Source: a virus
Taxonomy: Duplodnaviria; Caudoviricetes
Reading direction: 5' to 3' (one strand)
Virus record (IMG/VR): IMGVR_UViG_3300043447_000277
Coordinates: 1-41,209 of that record
DNA length: 41,209 nucleotides
Every line of letters begins with the position of its first letter. Position 1 is the first letter of the stretch. Under the pieces are notes generated by a model. That model was not told the DNA's origin. It saw only the letters and a program-made list of their open reading frames with translations, and did no database searches. Shown here piece by piece: positions 1 through 7,016 of the stretch. The position numbers were made by a program, and so were the translations under genes.

Positions 1-127
1 CCCCCCCCCTATATCTCGGGAAATTGGCGGGTGGAAGTGTCCTTTGTGCCCCGTTCACACCTAACCCCTTGGAACTTCGGCGGAAAAGGCGGGGCAGAAA
101 GCCGGATCCGTGTGCCCCGGATCTGCC
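1..127 (+). repeat. 127-bp terminal direct repeat, left copy (probable assembly overlap)
   Basis: Bases 1-127 are identical to 41083-41209; the length equals a common assembler k-mer. Confidence 0.92.
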
Positions 128-141
128 CCTTCTGCCCCGCC
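47..141. other. Right half of candidate replication origin (TGCCCC/GGGGCA iteron-like repeats)
   Basis: TGCCCC at 47, 113, 124, 133 and GGGGCA at 91; perfect 12-bp inverted repeat GGCGGGGCAGAA (88-99) / TTCTGCCCCGCC (130-141); non-coding. Confidence 0.5.
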
Positions 142-172
142 CCCGGACGAAAAAGCCGGCGGCAAACCGAAC

Positions 173-202
173 TTGATCCCCCAAGGATCAACCCCTTACC
201 CT
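173..202 (+). promoter_or_regulatory. Sigma70-like promoter (TTGATC-N18-TACCCT), probably leaderless, with a palindrome over the -35
   Basis: -10 ends 7 nt before ATG 210; no SD; TTGATCC-N5-GGATCAA inverted repeat at 173-191. Confidence 0.5.
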
Positions 203-209
203 CCCGGTC

Positions 210-653
210 ATGCCCTCGATCGTGTTCACGACCTCCCCCGGCCTGATCTCCCGCATCGTGCGCGCCGTCACGCGCTCCCCTACGTCCCACGTCGGGGTCG
301 CGCTCGACTGGCACGGGCACGCCGTCGTCCTGCACGCCTACGGGCGCGGGGGCGTGCAGGTGGACACGCGGCGGATCTTCCTCGACGGGCGCCGCGTGGT
401 CGCCGAGTTCCGGCTCCCCGAGGGCGAGCCGCTCGACCCGATCCTCGGCGTGCTCGGCCGGCCGTACGACTGGCGAGGGATCCTCGGGTTCGTGCTCCCC
501 TTCATGCCCGGCGCGAGGAACGCTTACGTGTGCTCCGAACTCGTCGCGCGCCTGCGCGTGTTTGACGGCGAGCGGCGCCCGGACGGGCGCACGCACCCGG
601 GGCACCTTCTCACGGCCTGCGAGCGCCTCGGGCTCGGCGAGGTTGAGGGCTAG
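210..653 (+). CDS. Permuted papain-like NlpC/P60 (YiiX/YaeF-type) cysteine hydrolase
   Basis: Motif order S-H-V (His first), G-R-P-Y-D, Y-V-C-S-E-L-V (Cys late), terminal P-x-x-L; typical of permuted NlpC/P60. Confidence 0.8.
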   Translation: MPSIVFTTSPGLISRIVRAVTRSPTSHVGVALDWHGHAVVLHAYGRGGVQVDTRRIFLDGRRVVAEFRLPEGEPLDPILGVLGRPYDWRGILGFVLPFMPGARNAYVCSELVARLRVFDGERRPDGRTHPGHLLTACERLGLGEVEG

Positions 654-904
654 ACCTCGCCGCGCTCGGCGCGGGCGGCGAGGATCTCGCAGGCGTCCAC
701 GATGCCGAGCAAGGCTTGGCGCGTCTCGACGCGACCCTCGAACTTCCCCGCGGCCTTGCGCGTCGCCGAGGCGACCTCGCGGAACGTGAGGGAGCGCGCG
801 GCCTGATACCCCCGCACGAAGGCGCCGTTCATGCGCAGGCCGAGCGAGAGGCCGAGCACGAACGCGATCGAGGTCGCGAGGGCGGCGAGGCCGAACACGA
901 TCAC
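650..904 (-). CDS. Hypothetical membrane protein (84 aa)
   Basis: N-terminal hydrophobic helix; GTGA overlap with the upstream gene. Confidence 0.65.
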   Translation of the reverse strand: MIVFGLAALATSIAFVLGLSLGLRMNGAFVRGYQAARSLTFREVASATRKAAGKFEGRVETRQALLGIVDACEILAARAERGEV

Positions 905-1368
905 GACGGCCCCCGGGCGAGCACCTCGGCGGCGAGGGCGCGGATCGTCTCGGCCTGCCGCGCGACGGTCTCGCGCAGGGCGTCGACCTCGCGCTCCTTG
1001 GCGTCGGCCCGTGCGGCGTGTTCCTCGGCGTCGCGGCGGTCGAGGTGCGCCCGTGCGCCCTCGGCGTCGCGCTCGGCCTTGACGGTCGCGAGCGTGGCGC
1101 GGAGCGTCTCGATCTGCTTTCGATCCCGCTCGCCAAACTCGCGCGCGTGCCGGATCGTCTCGCGTGCATCGTCGAGCGCGCGCTCGGCTGTCTGGCGTTG
1201 ATCGACGGCGATCGAATAGTCGCCCTCGGCGGTCTCGCGCCGCTCGCGCTCGGCGTCGAGTTCCCGCGCGAGGGCCTCGGCTCGGCCGCGCTCGCGTTGC
1301 GCCTCGGCCGTCGCCTCGGCGGCGAGTGCTTCGAGCCTCTCAATCTCACTGATCCCGATCTTTCCCAT
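901..1368 (-). CDS. Hypothetical coiled-coil protein
   Basis: E/R/A-rich helical heptads; SD-like AGGAAGGG upstream of ATG 1368 (TTG 1374 is an alternative start). Confidence 0.7.
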   Translation of the reverse strand: MGKIGISEIERLEALAAEATAEAQRERGRAEALARELDAERERRETAEGDYSIAVDQRQTAERALDDARETIRHAREFGERDRKQIETLRATLATVKAERDAEGARAHLDRRDAEEHAARADAKEREVDALRETVARQAETIRALAAEVLARGPS

Positions 1369-1370
1369 GA

Positions 1371-1724
1371 TCAACTTCCCTTCCTTGCTAGGCGCCGCCC
1401 TTCGGCGCGGTCGAGTTCCTTCCGAGTGAGGCGACGCACGCGCCGGCCGATCTTCGAGGTGTCAACGCCGCGGGCGCGCAGGCGCGCGAACCACGCGCGG
1501 ATCGTGAGGCCTTGCTTCGCCGAGTTGCACGAGAGGCACGCCGTAACGAGGTTCGCGGGGGCGTGCGTCCCGCCGAGGTCGACGGCGAGAACGTGATCGA
1601 GCGTGAGGCGCCCGCCGACGCGCTCGCAGTAGACGCACGCGAACCCGTCGCGATGGTAGATCGCGGCGCGCGTCGAGGGCCGGCACCACTTCGAGCCCTG
1701 CCAGCGTTCAGAACGAGAAGTCAT
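1371..1724 (-). CDS. HNH endonuclease
   Basis: RDGFACVYC...LTLDHV...GG...NLVTACLSCNSAK: canonical Zn-binding HNH. Confidence 0.9.
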   Translation of the reverse strand: MTSRSERWQGSKWCRPSTRAAIYHRDGFACVYCERVGGRLTLDHVLAVDLGGTHAPANLVTACLSCNSAKQGLTIRAWFARLRARGVDTSKIGRRVRRLTRKELDRAEGRRLARKGS

Positions 1725-1992
1725 GGTACGCCCGCCGCTCGCCGATCGTCGCCCGCGTGCCCTTGTGGAACCACCCGCGCGCCGTGCGTCGGAAGGTCTC
1801 GACCTCGCCCGCGGGGTCGGGCTCGAAGCGGTAGTCCTGCAACTCCGACATTCCGTGATCGTCCACTCGGATCGCCTTGTCGCGCTGCAACGTGACGGTG
1901 CAGGCCGTCGCCTTGATCACGGTCGCGGGATAGCGGTCGGTCCACCCGTAGATCGTGGCGCCGTCGCCGATCTTGATCTCGTTCGTGTGCAT
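1708..1992 (-). CDS. Hypothetical phage early protein (MHTNEIKIGDGAT...RAYHDFSF, 94 aa)
   Basis: Coding-like C-terminal part of ORF 1708..2454; purine-rich RBS AAGGAAGAGACC-ATG. Confidence 0.75.
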   Translation of the reverse strand: MHTNEIKIGDGATIYGWTDRYPATVIKATACTVTLQRDKAIRVDDHGMSELQDYRFEPDPAGEVETFRRTARGWFHKGTRATIGERRAYHDFSF

Positions 1993-2017
1993 GGTCTCTT
2001 CCTTGTTCGTGGGCGGG

Positions 2018-2076
2018 ATCGTCCCGCGCGTGCGAGGTCGGATCCGCGGATCCGGCCCCGAGGCGCGCGAGACGAT
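2018..2076 (-). other. Long intergenic RNA hairpin with internal loops (possible RNase III or stability element)
   Basis: Nested inverted repeats ATCGTC/GACGAT, CGCGCG/CGCGCG and GAGGTCGGATC-CGCG-GATCCGGCCCC filling most of the intergenic gap. Confidence 0.55.
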
Positions 2077-2414
2077 CAGAGGCGCACGTCGAGGCCCGTG
2101 CAGGCGCGGAGGGTTTCGTGCAGGGCGTCGACATAGACACCTTCGATCTCTTCGCCGACCGCATACCCGCCGCGCGTCTCGAACTCGCCCGTCCGCGGGT
2201 TCAGGCGGTACGACTCGGGGCGACCCGTGATCGTGCGCACCGTATAGGTATCGTCGCCGGCGAGTTCGATCTCGACCTTGGCGACCTTGCGCGGGTTGCG
2301 GCCCACACGGAACCGAAGGCCGCGGTCGAGGATCACGAGATCGCGCGCGCCGAGCATGGCGAGGGCGACGTTCCCGAGTTGCTTGTTCAGTACGGCGGCG
2401 ATCTGGCGTTCCAT
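2076..2414 (-). CDS. Hypothetical phage early protein (MERQIAAVLNKQLG..., 112 aa)
   Basis: First gene after the leftward promoter; RBS GAGGAACGAGAAC-ATG; globular composition. Confidence 0.75.
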   Translation of the reverse strand: MERQIAAVLNKQLGNVALAMLGARDLVILDRGLRFRVGRNPRKVAKVEIELAGDDTYTVRTITGRPESYRLNPRTGEFETRGGYAVGEEIEGVYVDALHETLRACTGLDVRL

Positions 2415-2460
2415 GTTCTCGTTCCTCTTCGGCGGGCCGCTCGATTGCGACCACTCCCCC

Positions 2461-2510
2461 ATAGTGGGGCCGGGTATATACATTGTCAATCGGTAGCCCG
2501 ATCTTTTTTC
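2461..2510 (-). promoter_or_regulatory. Leftward sigma70-like early promoter (TTGACA-N17-CACTAT) with A-tract upstream element
   Basis: Perfect -35 at 2489-2484, 17-bp spacer, upstream GAAAAAAGATCGG shared with the promoter at 4911. Confidence 0.7.
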
Positions 2511-2533
2511 GGGTGTGCTACGGATCGCCCCGT

Positions 2534-2601
2534 GCGGCGGGGTTCACACGGCCGCGCGCGCTAGGGGTAGCCCCCGGCCCTCCCCCCGTGAACCCCGCCG
2601 C
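2534..2601. repeat. Perfect 14-bp inverted repeat (GCGGCGGGGTTCAC / GTGAACCCCGCCGC) with a 40-bp spacer
   Basis: Arms at 2534-2547 and 2588-2601, between two divergent promoters. Confidence 0.8.
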
Positions 2602-2605
2602 GCAC

Positions 2606-2650
2606 TTGACGCCGCGCCCCGCCCGATGGCACCGTGCGAGCCTACCCCTA
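2606..2650 (+). promoter_or_regulatory. Putative primase promoter (TTGACG-N18-CACCGT) with a CTACCCCTA box at the predicted TSS
   Basis: -35 at 2606-2611, -10 at 2630-2635; 2642-2650 is the inverse of TAGGGGTAG at 2562-2570. Confidence 0.5.
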
Positions 2651-2686
2651 CGCCGGGCGCGCACGTCGCGCCGGGAGGCCGCGCGC

Positions 2687-4912
2687 GTGATCACTCTTTC
2701 CACCTTCGCCCACCGTCGCGACACGACGCCGGAACCCGTCACGTTCGAGACCCTCGCCGAGTGCGCGGCGTTCTTCGAGCACGACCGACGCGACGACAAA
2801 GACGGCCCCCTCTTCTCGCCCGCGGAATACCGCGCCGGCGCGCGTCGCGGCAACCGCGGCGTCCTTCGCCTGCACGCCCTGATCCTCGACTTCGATCACG
2901 TCGCCCACACGACGATCGACACGATGCGCGAGCGGATCGAGGGGCTCGGCCTCGAAGCGTGGATCTACTCGACGCACTCGTACGACCCCGCCGACGATCT
3001 CGGCGCGTGCTTTCGCGTCGTGCTCCCCTTCGCCGAGCCCGTCGCCCCTGAGGCATGGGCGGCCGTGTGGCGCGCCGCGCGCGACACGATCGGTCCCGAG
3101 TGCGATCCCGCCTGCAAGGATCCGGCGCGCGTCTACTACGCGCCGAGCGCGCGCCCGGACGCGCCCGTGGTCTCGCTGCACTTCGCCGGCGTGCGCCTCG
3201 ACGCGCGCGACCTCGACGGCCTCGACGCGCCCGAACCGGCGGCCCACGTCGAGGCGCCTACGTCGACACCCGAGGCCGCCGAGATCACGCCCGGGATCGT
3301 CGCGTGGGCGCGTCGCCAGTGCATCGCATGGGCCGACCGGATCAAGGCCGCGCCCTGCCCCGGCCCGATCTACCCCACGCTGAACGCGGCCGCGTTCGCG
3401 TGCGGGCGCTACACGCCGCACGTTCTCGGGCGCGCCGAGGTGCGCGGGATCCTCGCCGCGGCCCACGCCGCACGCAACCCCGCGGCCGTCGAGAAGAACG
3501 ACGCGATCCTCGATCGAGGCCTCGACGATGGCGCCGCGGCGCCGTGGATCCCGGCGGCGTGGTACGACCTCACGGACGACGCCCTCGCCGCCAAGCTCGC
3601 GCGCGAGTGCGGCGGGCGCCTCCGGTACGTGCCCGAGTGGCGCAAGTGGATCGGATGGTCGGGGCGCGCGTGGCGCCACGTCGGCGACGACGGCGCCGCG
3701 TTCGAGGGCGTGCGCGACCTCGCCGCGGCCCTTCGGACGGAGGCCGAGTACGCGGACGACGCGCGCGCGAAGGCACTTCGAGGCGCCGCGCGCAAGCTCG
3801 CCTCGTTCGCCGGCGCGTCGAGCGTCGAGCGCATGGCACGCCGGCGCGTCGAGTTCGTCGAGGGCGCGGCCGCGTGGGACGCGGACCCCTGGTTACTAGG
3901 GACGCCGAACGGGACGCTCGACCTACGCAACGGCACCCTGCACGAACCCCTCGCCGAGCATCGGATCACCCGCTCGACCCGCGCCGCGTTCGACCTCGAC
4001 GCACGCGCGCCCGTGTGGCGTTCGTTCGTCGAGCAAGTCACGGGCGGCGATCCCGAGTTCGCGGCCTATCTGCAACGCGCGGTCGGGTACTCCCTCACGG
4101 CGCATCACTCCGAACAATGCTTGTTCTTCCTGTACGGCGACGGCGCGAATGGAAAGTCCACGTTCGTCAACGCGATCCTGCACGCGCTCGGCGACTACGC
4201 GACAAGCACGCCGAGCGATCTGCTACTGCGCTCGAACACGGACAAGCACCCGACCGGCCTTGCCGGCCTCTTCGGCCGTAGGTTCGTCGCCTCGACCGAG
4301 GTCGACGACGGGCGATCGTGGGACGAGCCGCTCGTGAAACTGATCACGGGCGGCGACCCGATCCAGGCGCGCAGGATGCGAGAAGATTTCTGGGAGTTCC
4401 GGCCGACGCACAAGCTATGGATCTCGGGCAACTACCGGCCCGGCGTGCGGGGGCACGACGCGGGGATCTGGCGACGCCTTCGCCTGATCCCGTTCACGGA
4501 ATCGTTCAGGGGCCGGCCCGATCGCGCGCTCGGCGCCAAGCTCGAAGGCGAGGCCGCGGGGATCCTCGCGTGGGCCGTCGAGGGTTGCCTACGCTGGCAA
4601 CGCGAAGGCCTCGCCGAGCCCGCGCGCGTGCTCGAAGCGACCGCGGACTACCGCGAGGATCAAGATCACTTCGGGCAGTTCGTCGCCGAGCGCCTCGACG
4701 TGCGCGCGGACGGGCACCTCGATCGGCAAACGCTGATCGCGCTCTATGCGACGTGGGCGCACGCGAACGGCGCCCCCATCCTCTCGGCCCGTGGCCTCGC
4801 CGAGCGCGCGCGCAAGCTCCCCGAGGTGTGCGAGACCAAGCGGGAGGGCCGGCGCGGGTGGCAAGGCCTCGCCGTTCGATCGGCGAATCCGGGCCTTCGC
4901 GCGGTCGGCTGA
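2687..4912 (+). CDS. Primase-helicase (AEP/prim-pol N-terminus + D5/P4-family SF3 helicase)
   Basis: LILDFDH, YSTHSY, FRVVLPF, DPACKD..RVYY primase motifs; NGTLDL, Walker A GDGANGKST, KLITGGD, GIWRRLRLIPF; GGAGG RBS before GTG 2687. Confidence 0.93.
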   Translation: MITLSTFAHRRDTTPEPVTFETLAECAAFFEHDRRDDKDGPLFSPAEYRAGARRGNRGVLRLHALILDFDHVAHTTIDTMRERIEGLGLEAWIYSTHSYDPADDLGACFRVVLPFAEPVAPEAWAAVWRAARDTIGPECDPACKDPARVYYAPSARPDAPVVSLHFAGVRLDARDLDGLDAPEPAAHVEAPTSTPEAAEITPGIVAWARRQCIAWADRIKAAPCPGPIYPTLNAAAFACGRYTPHVLGRAEVRGILAAAHAARNPAAVEKNDAILDRGLDDGAAAPWIPAAWYDLTDDALAAKLARECGGRLRYVPEWRKWIGWSGRAWRHVGDDGAAFEGVRDLAAALRTEAEYADDARAKALRGAARKLASFAGASSVERMARRRVEFVEGAAAWDADPWLLGTPNGTLDLRNGTLHEPLAEHRITRSTRAAFDLDARAPVWRSFVEQVTGGDPEFAAYLQRAVGYSLTAHHSEQCLFFLYGDGANGKSTFVNAILHALGDYATSTPSDLLLRSNTDKHPTGLAGLFGRRFVASTEVDDGRSWDEPLVKLITGGDPIQARRMREDFWEFRPTHKLWISGNYRPGVRGHDAGIWRRLRLIPFTESFRGRPDRALGAKLEGEAAGILAWAVEGCLRWQREGLAEPARVLEATADYREDQDHFGQFVAERLDVRADGHLDRQTLIALYATWAHANGAPILSARGLAERARKLPEVCETKREGRRGWQGLAVRSANPGLRAVG

Positions 4913-4961
4913 AAAAAGATCGGCCGACCGCTTGACGTTGCCTAGACGTTGCCGCTACAGT
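4911..4961 (+). promoter_or_regulatory. Rightward sigma70-like promoter (TTGACG-N18-TACAGT), leaderless, with A-tract upstream element
   Basis: -35 at 4932-4937, -10 at 4956-4961, ATG at 4970; upstream GAAAAAAGATCGG identical to that of the 2461-2510 promoter. Confidence 0.7.
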
Positions 4962-4969
4962 CCGATCCC

Positions 4970-5227
4970 ATGAAGAACGAGATCAAGATCGAGCGCCTCG
5001 CCCGCCTCCCCATCGTCCGCGCCGTGCGCGAGGTGTGCGACGTGGACTATCTACACGGCGACTACGCCGGCCCCGACTACGACAAGGCGCACGCGCTCGA
5101 AGATTCGATCTTCGATGCGCTTTCGGCGATCTCCGTCGAGCACCCGGACGGCGGCGTGGGCTACCCCTCGACGGCGGCCCGCCGCATCATTCGCGGCGCC
5201 GTCGCGGCCGCCAAGAGGGCCGCGTGA
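4970..5227 (+). CDS. Hypothetical protein (MKNEIKIERLARL..., 85 aa)
   Basis: Immediately after the promoter; GTGA coupling to the next ORF. Confidence 0.7.
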   Translation: MKNEIKIERLARLPIVRAVREVCDVDYLHGDYAGPDYDKAHALEDSIFDALSAISVEHPDGGVGYPSTAARRIIRGAVAAAKRAA

Positions 5228-5376
5228 ACGAGATCCCCCGCGACGTGATCGAGGCCTGCGAATGGCTCGCCGAGCATCGCCTCGACGCCGAGGCCTTGCG
5301 CGCGATGCTCCCCGAGGTCGAGGATCCGCACGCCGCGGCCTTCTTCGCCCGCGAACTCGAAAGGATCGACCGATGA
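5224..5376 (+). CDS. Small hypothetical protein (50 aa)
   Basis: GTGA and ATGA overlaps at both ends; coding-like composition. Confidence 0.6.
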   Translation: MNEIPRDVIEACEWLAEHRLDAEALRAMLPEVEDPHAAAFFARELERIDR

Positions 5377-5987
5377 CCCCCGCCAACTTCGCCCGCCTGC
5401 AAGCACTCGTCACGGGGCGCCCGACGCCCTCGCAGGCCTTCGCCATCGCCGAGGCGCTCCGCGCCGTCGTGGTCGCCCGGCACCCGGGCACGCACGTTGA
5501 CGGGCTCGCGGCCCATGCCGTGAGCGAGGCCGATCCGGTCGGCGCCGCGGCGTGCCGTCTCGCCGCCCTCACGATCGCCGCGCGCTACATGATCGCGATC
5601 CCCGAGATCGTCGAGGGCGAGATCGTGTGGTCGCAACCCATCGCGGCGAGCGAGGCCGCCCGGCGGCAACTGCGCGACCTGCACGCCGTCGCCCTCGTGA
5701 TCTCGGGCGCGCTCGAAGATCAGGCCTCGGCCCTCGTGATCGGCCCCTCGGCCCTCGACGGCGCGAACCGCGACGGCGACGACGCCGAGATCGCGACCGT
5801 GATCGCGCCCATGGTGACGCGCGCGCAGATCGAGGCCGAGCGGGACGCCGACCTCGACGCGCTCGCCGCCCTCTTCCCCGTGCAGGTGTGCGGCTCCGAT
5901 GCCTTGCTCGCGCGCGTCGCCGCCGTGCAATCCGTCGAGGCCTCGATCGCCGAGTGGGAAGCCTTCGCCGCGAGGTTGCCGTCGTGA
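5373..5987 (+). CDS. Hypothetical protein (MTPANFARLQ..., 204 aa)
   Basis: AAGGA RBS, ATGA overlap, strong GC3 codon bias. Confidence 0.7.
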   Translation: MTPANFARLQALVTGRPTPSQAFAIAEALRAVVVARHPGTHVDGLAAHAVSEADPVGAAACRLAALTIAARYMIAIPEIVEGEIVWSQPIAASEAARRQLRDLHAVALVISGALEDQASALVIGPSALDGANRDGDDAEIATVIAPMVTRAQIEAERDADLDALAALFPVQVCGSDALLARVAAVQSVEASIAEWEAFAARLPS

Positions 5988-6124
5988 CGGGCCGTCGCGT
6001 CGAGTGGGGCGCCGCTCTCGGTCGCGTGCTCGCGACCCTCCCCCGTTTCTGTCTCGTGCGGTTCGACGCGCTCGAACCTCGCGAGGCGTGGATCCCCTCG
6101 CGGGAGTTGCGGGTGCTCTCGTGA
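5984..6124 (+). CDS. Small hypothetical protein (46 aa, possibly SH3/Tudor-like beta fold)
   Basis: GTGA overlaps at both ends; CLVRFD...EAWIP..EL pattern. Confidence 0.5.
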   Translation: MTGRRVEWGAALGRVLATLPRFCLVRFDALEPREAWIPSRELRVLS

Positions 6125-6318
6125 GCGACGCCGCCGACGAGACCCTGAACAAGCTAGGGATCGTGTCGATCGCCGGCAAGCGCAAGGGGCCGAAGTGGGT
6201 TGTCGTGATCCGTACCCGCGCCTGGATCGAGATCGTCGCCGAGGCCGACACGTTCGACGATGCCCTCGATCACGCCGTCGCCGAACTCGTGAGCAACCCC
6301 GAAACCCTCCCGAACTGA
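6121..6318 (+). CDS. Small hypothetical protein (65 aa)
   Basis: GTGA overlap; coding-like composition. Confidence 0.55.
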   Translation: MSDAADETLNKLGIVSIAGKRKGPKWVVVIRTRAWIEIVAEADTFDDALDHAVAELVSNPETLPN

Positions 6319-6325
6319 TCCCACC

Positions 6326-6844
6326 ATGACGCGCAAGCCATCGCAGAAGAACGCCGAGGCCCGAACCGACGAGTGGCTCACGCCGCCCGAGATCGTCGCG
6401 GCCCTGCACAAGCTCGGCCCGGTCGTGCTCGATCCGTGCTCGCACCCGCGATCCGTCGTCGGCGCCGAACTCACGATCGACGCGGCCGAAGGCCTCGACG
6501 GCCTCGCGTTCCCGTGGGAGGTCGAGGGCCTGATCTACGTCAACCCGCCGTACTCGAACCTCGGCGACTGGCTCGCCAAGTGCGCCGAAGAGTCGAGCCG
6601 CGAGGGCGTCGAGATCGTCGCCCTCGTGCCCCCACGCACGGACACGGCCGCGTTTCAGGCGTGCGTCTTCGGCGTCGCCTCGGCGATCTGTTTCCCGAAG
6701 GGGCGGATCTCGTTCCTCTCGGGCACGAGTGGCGAACGCCGCAAGGGGAACGATACCCCGTCGTGCGTGATCTACTACGGCCCCCGCCCGGGCGCGTTCG
6801 CGCTCGCCTTCGGCGCGCTCGGCGCCGTCGTCCCTGCAAGGTGA
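6326..6844 (+). CDS. Phage DNA N6-adenine methyltransferase (phage Dam-like family)
   Basis: DEWLTPPE, LDPCS, DGL...W, YVNPPYS catalytic motif, LVPPRTDT, FPKGRISF. Confidence 0.9.
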   Translation: MTRKPSQKNAEARTDEWLTPPEIVAALHKLGPVVLDPCSHPRSVVGAELTIDAAEGLDGLAFPWEVEGLIYVNPPYSNLGDWLAKCAEESSREGVEIVALVPPRTDTAAFQACVFGVASAICFPKGRISFLSGTSGERRKGNDTPSCVIYYGPRPGAFALAFGALGAVVPAR

Positions 6845-6848
6845 ACCC

Positions 6849-7016
6849 ATGGCACACGAACGAATCCAACCCCCGAAGGACGAGGCCCTGTACCTTCGGA
6901 TCTCGGCCGAGGAACTCGAACGGATCCGCGAGGCCGCGCAGGCCGCCGGCGCCGATAGCGTCGCGGCATGGTGCCGGCGCGTGCTCGCAGTCGCCGCGGG
7001 GAAGGCCCTCCGGTGA
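6849..7016 (+). CDS. Ribbon-helix-helix DNA-binding protein (55 aa; not in the ORF track)
   Basis: Translated by hand: MAHERIQPPKDEALYLRISAEELERIREAAQAAGADSVAAWCRRVLAVAAGKALR; beta-strand LYLRIS followed by two helices; GTGA overlap with the nuclease gene. Confidence 0.7.
   Translation: MAHERIQPPKDEALYLRISAEELERIREAAQAAGADSVAAWCRRVLAVAAGKALR

Noticed and set aside
1371-1724. HNH as an intron-encoded homing endonuclease
   Set aside because: Free-standing short HNH coupled to its neighbours; no interrupted gene or intron structure seen.
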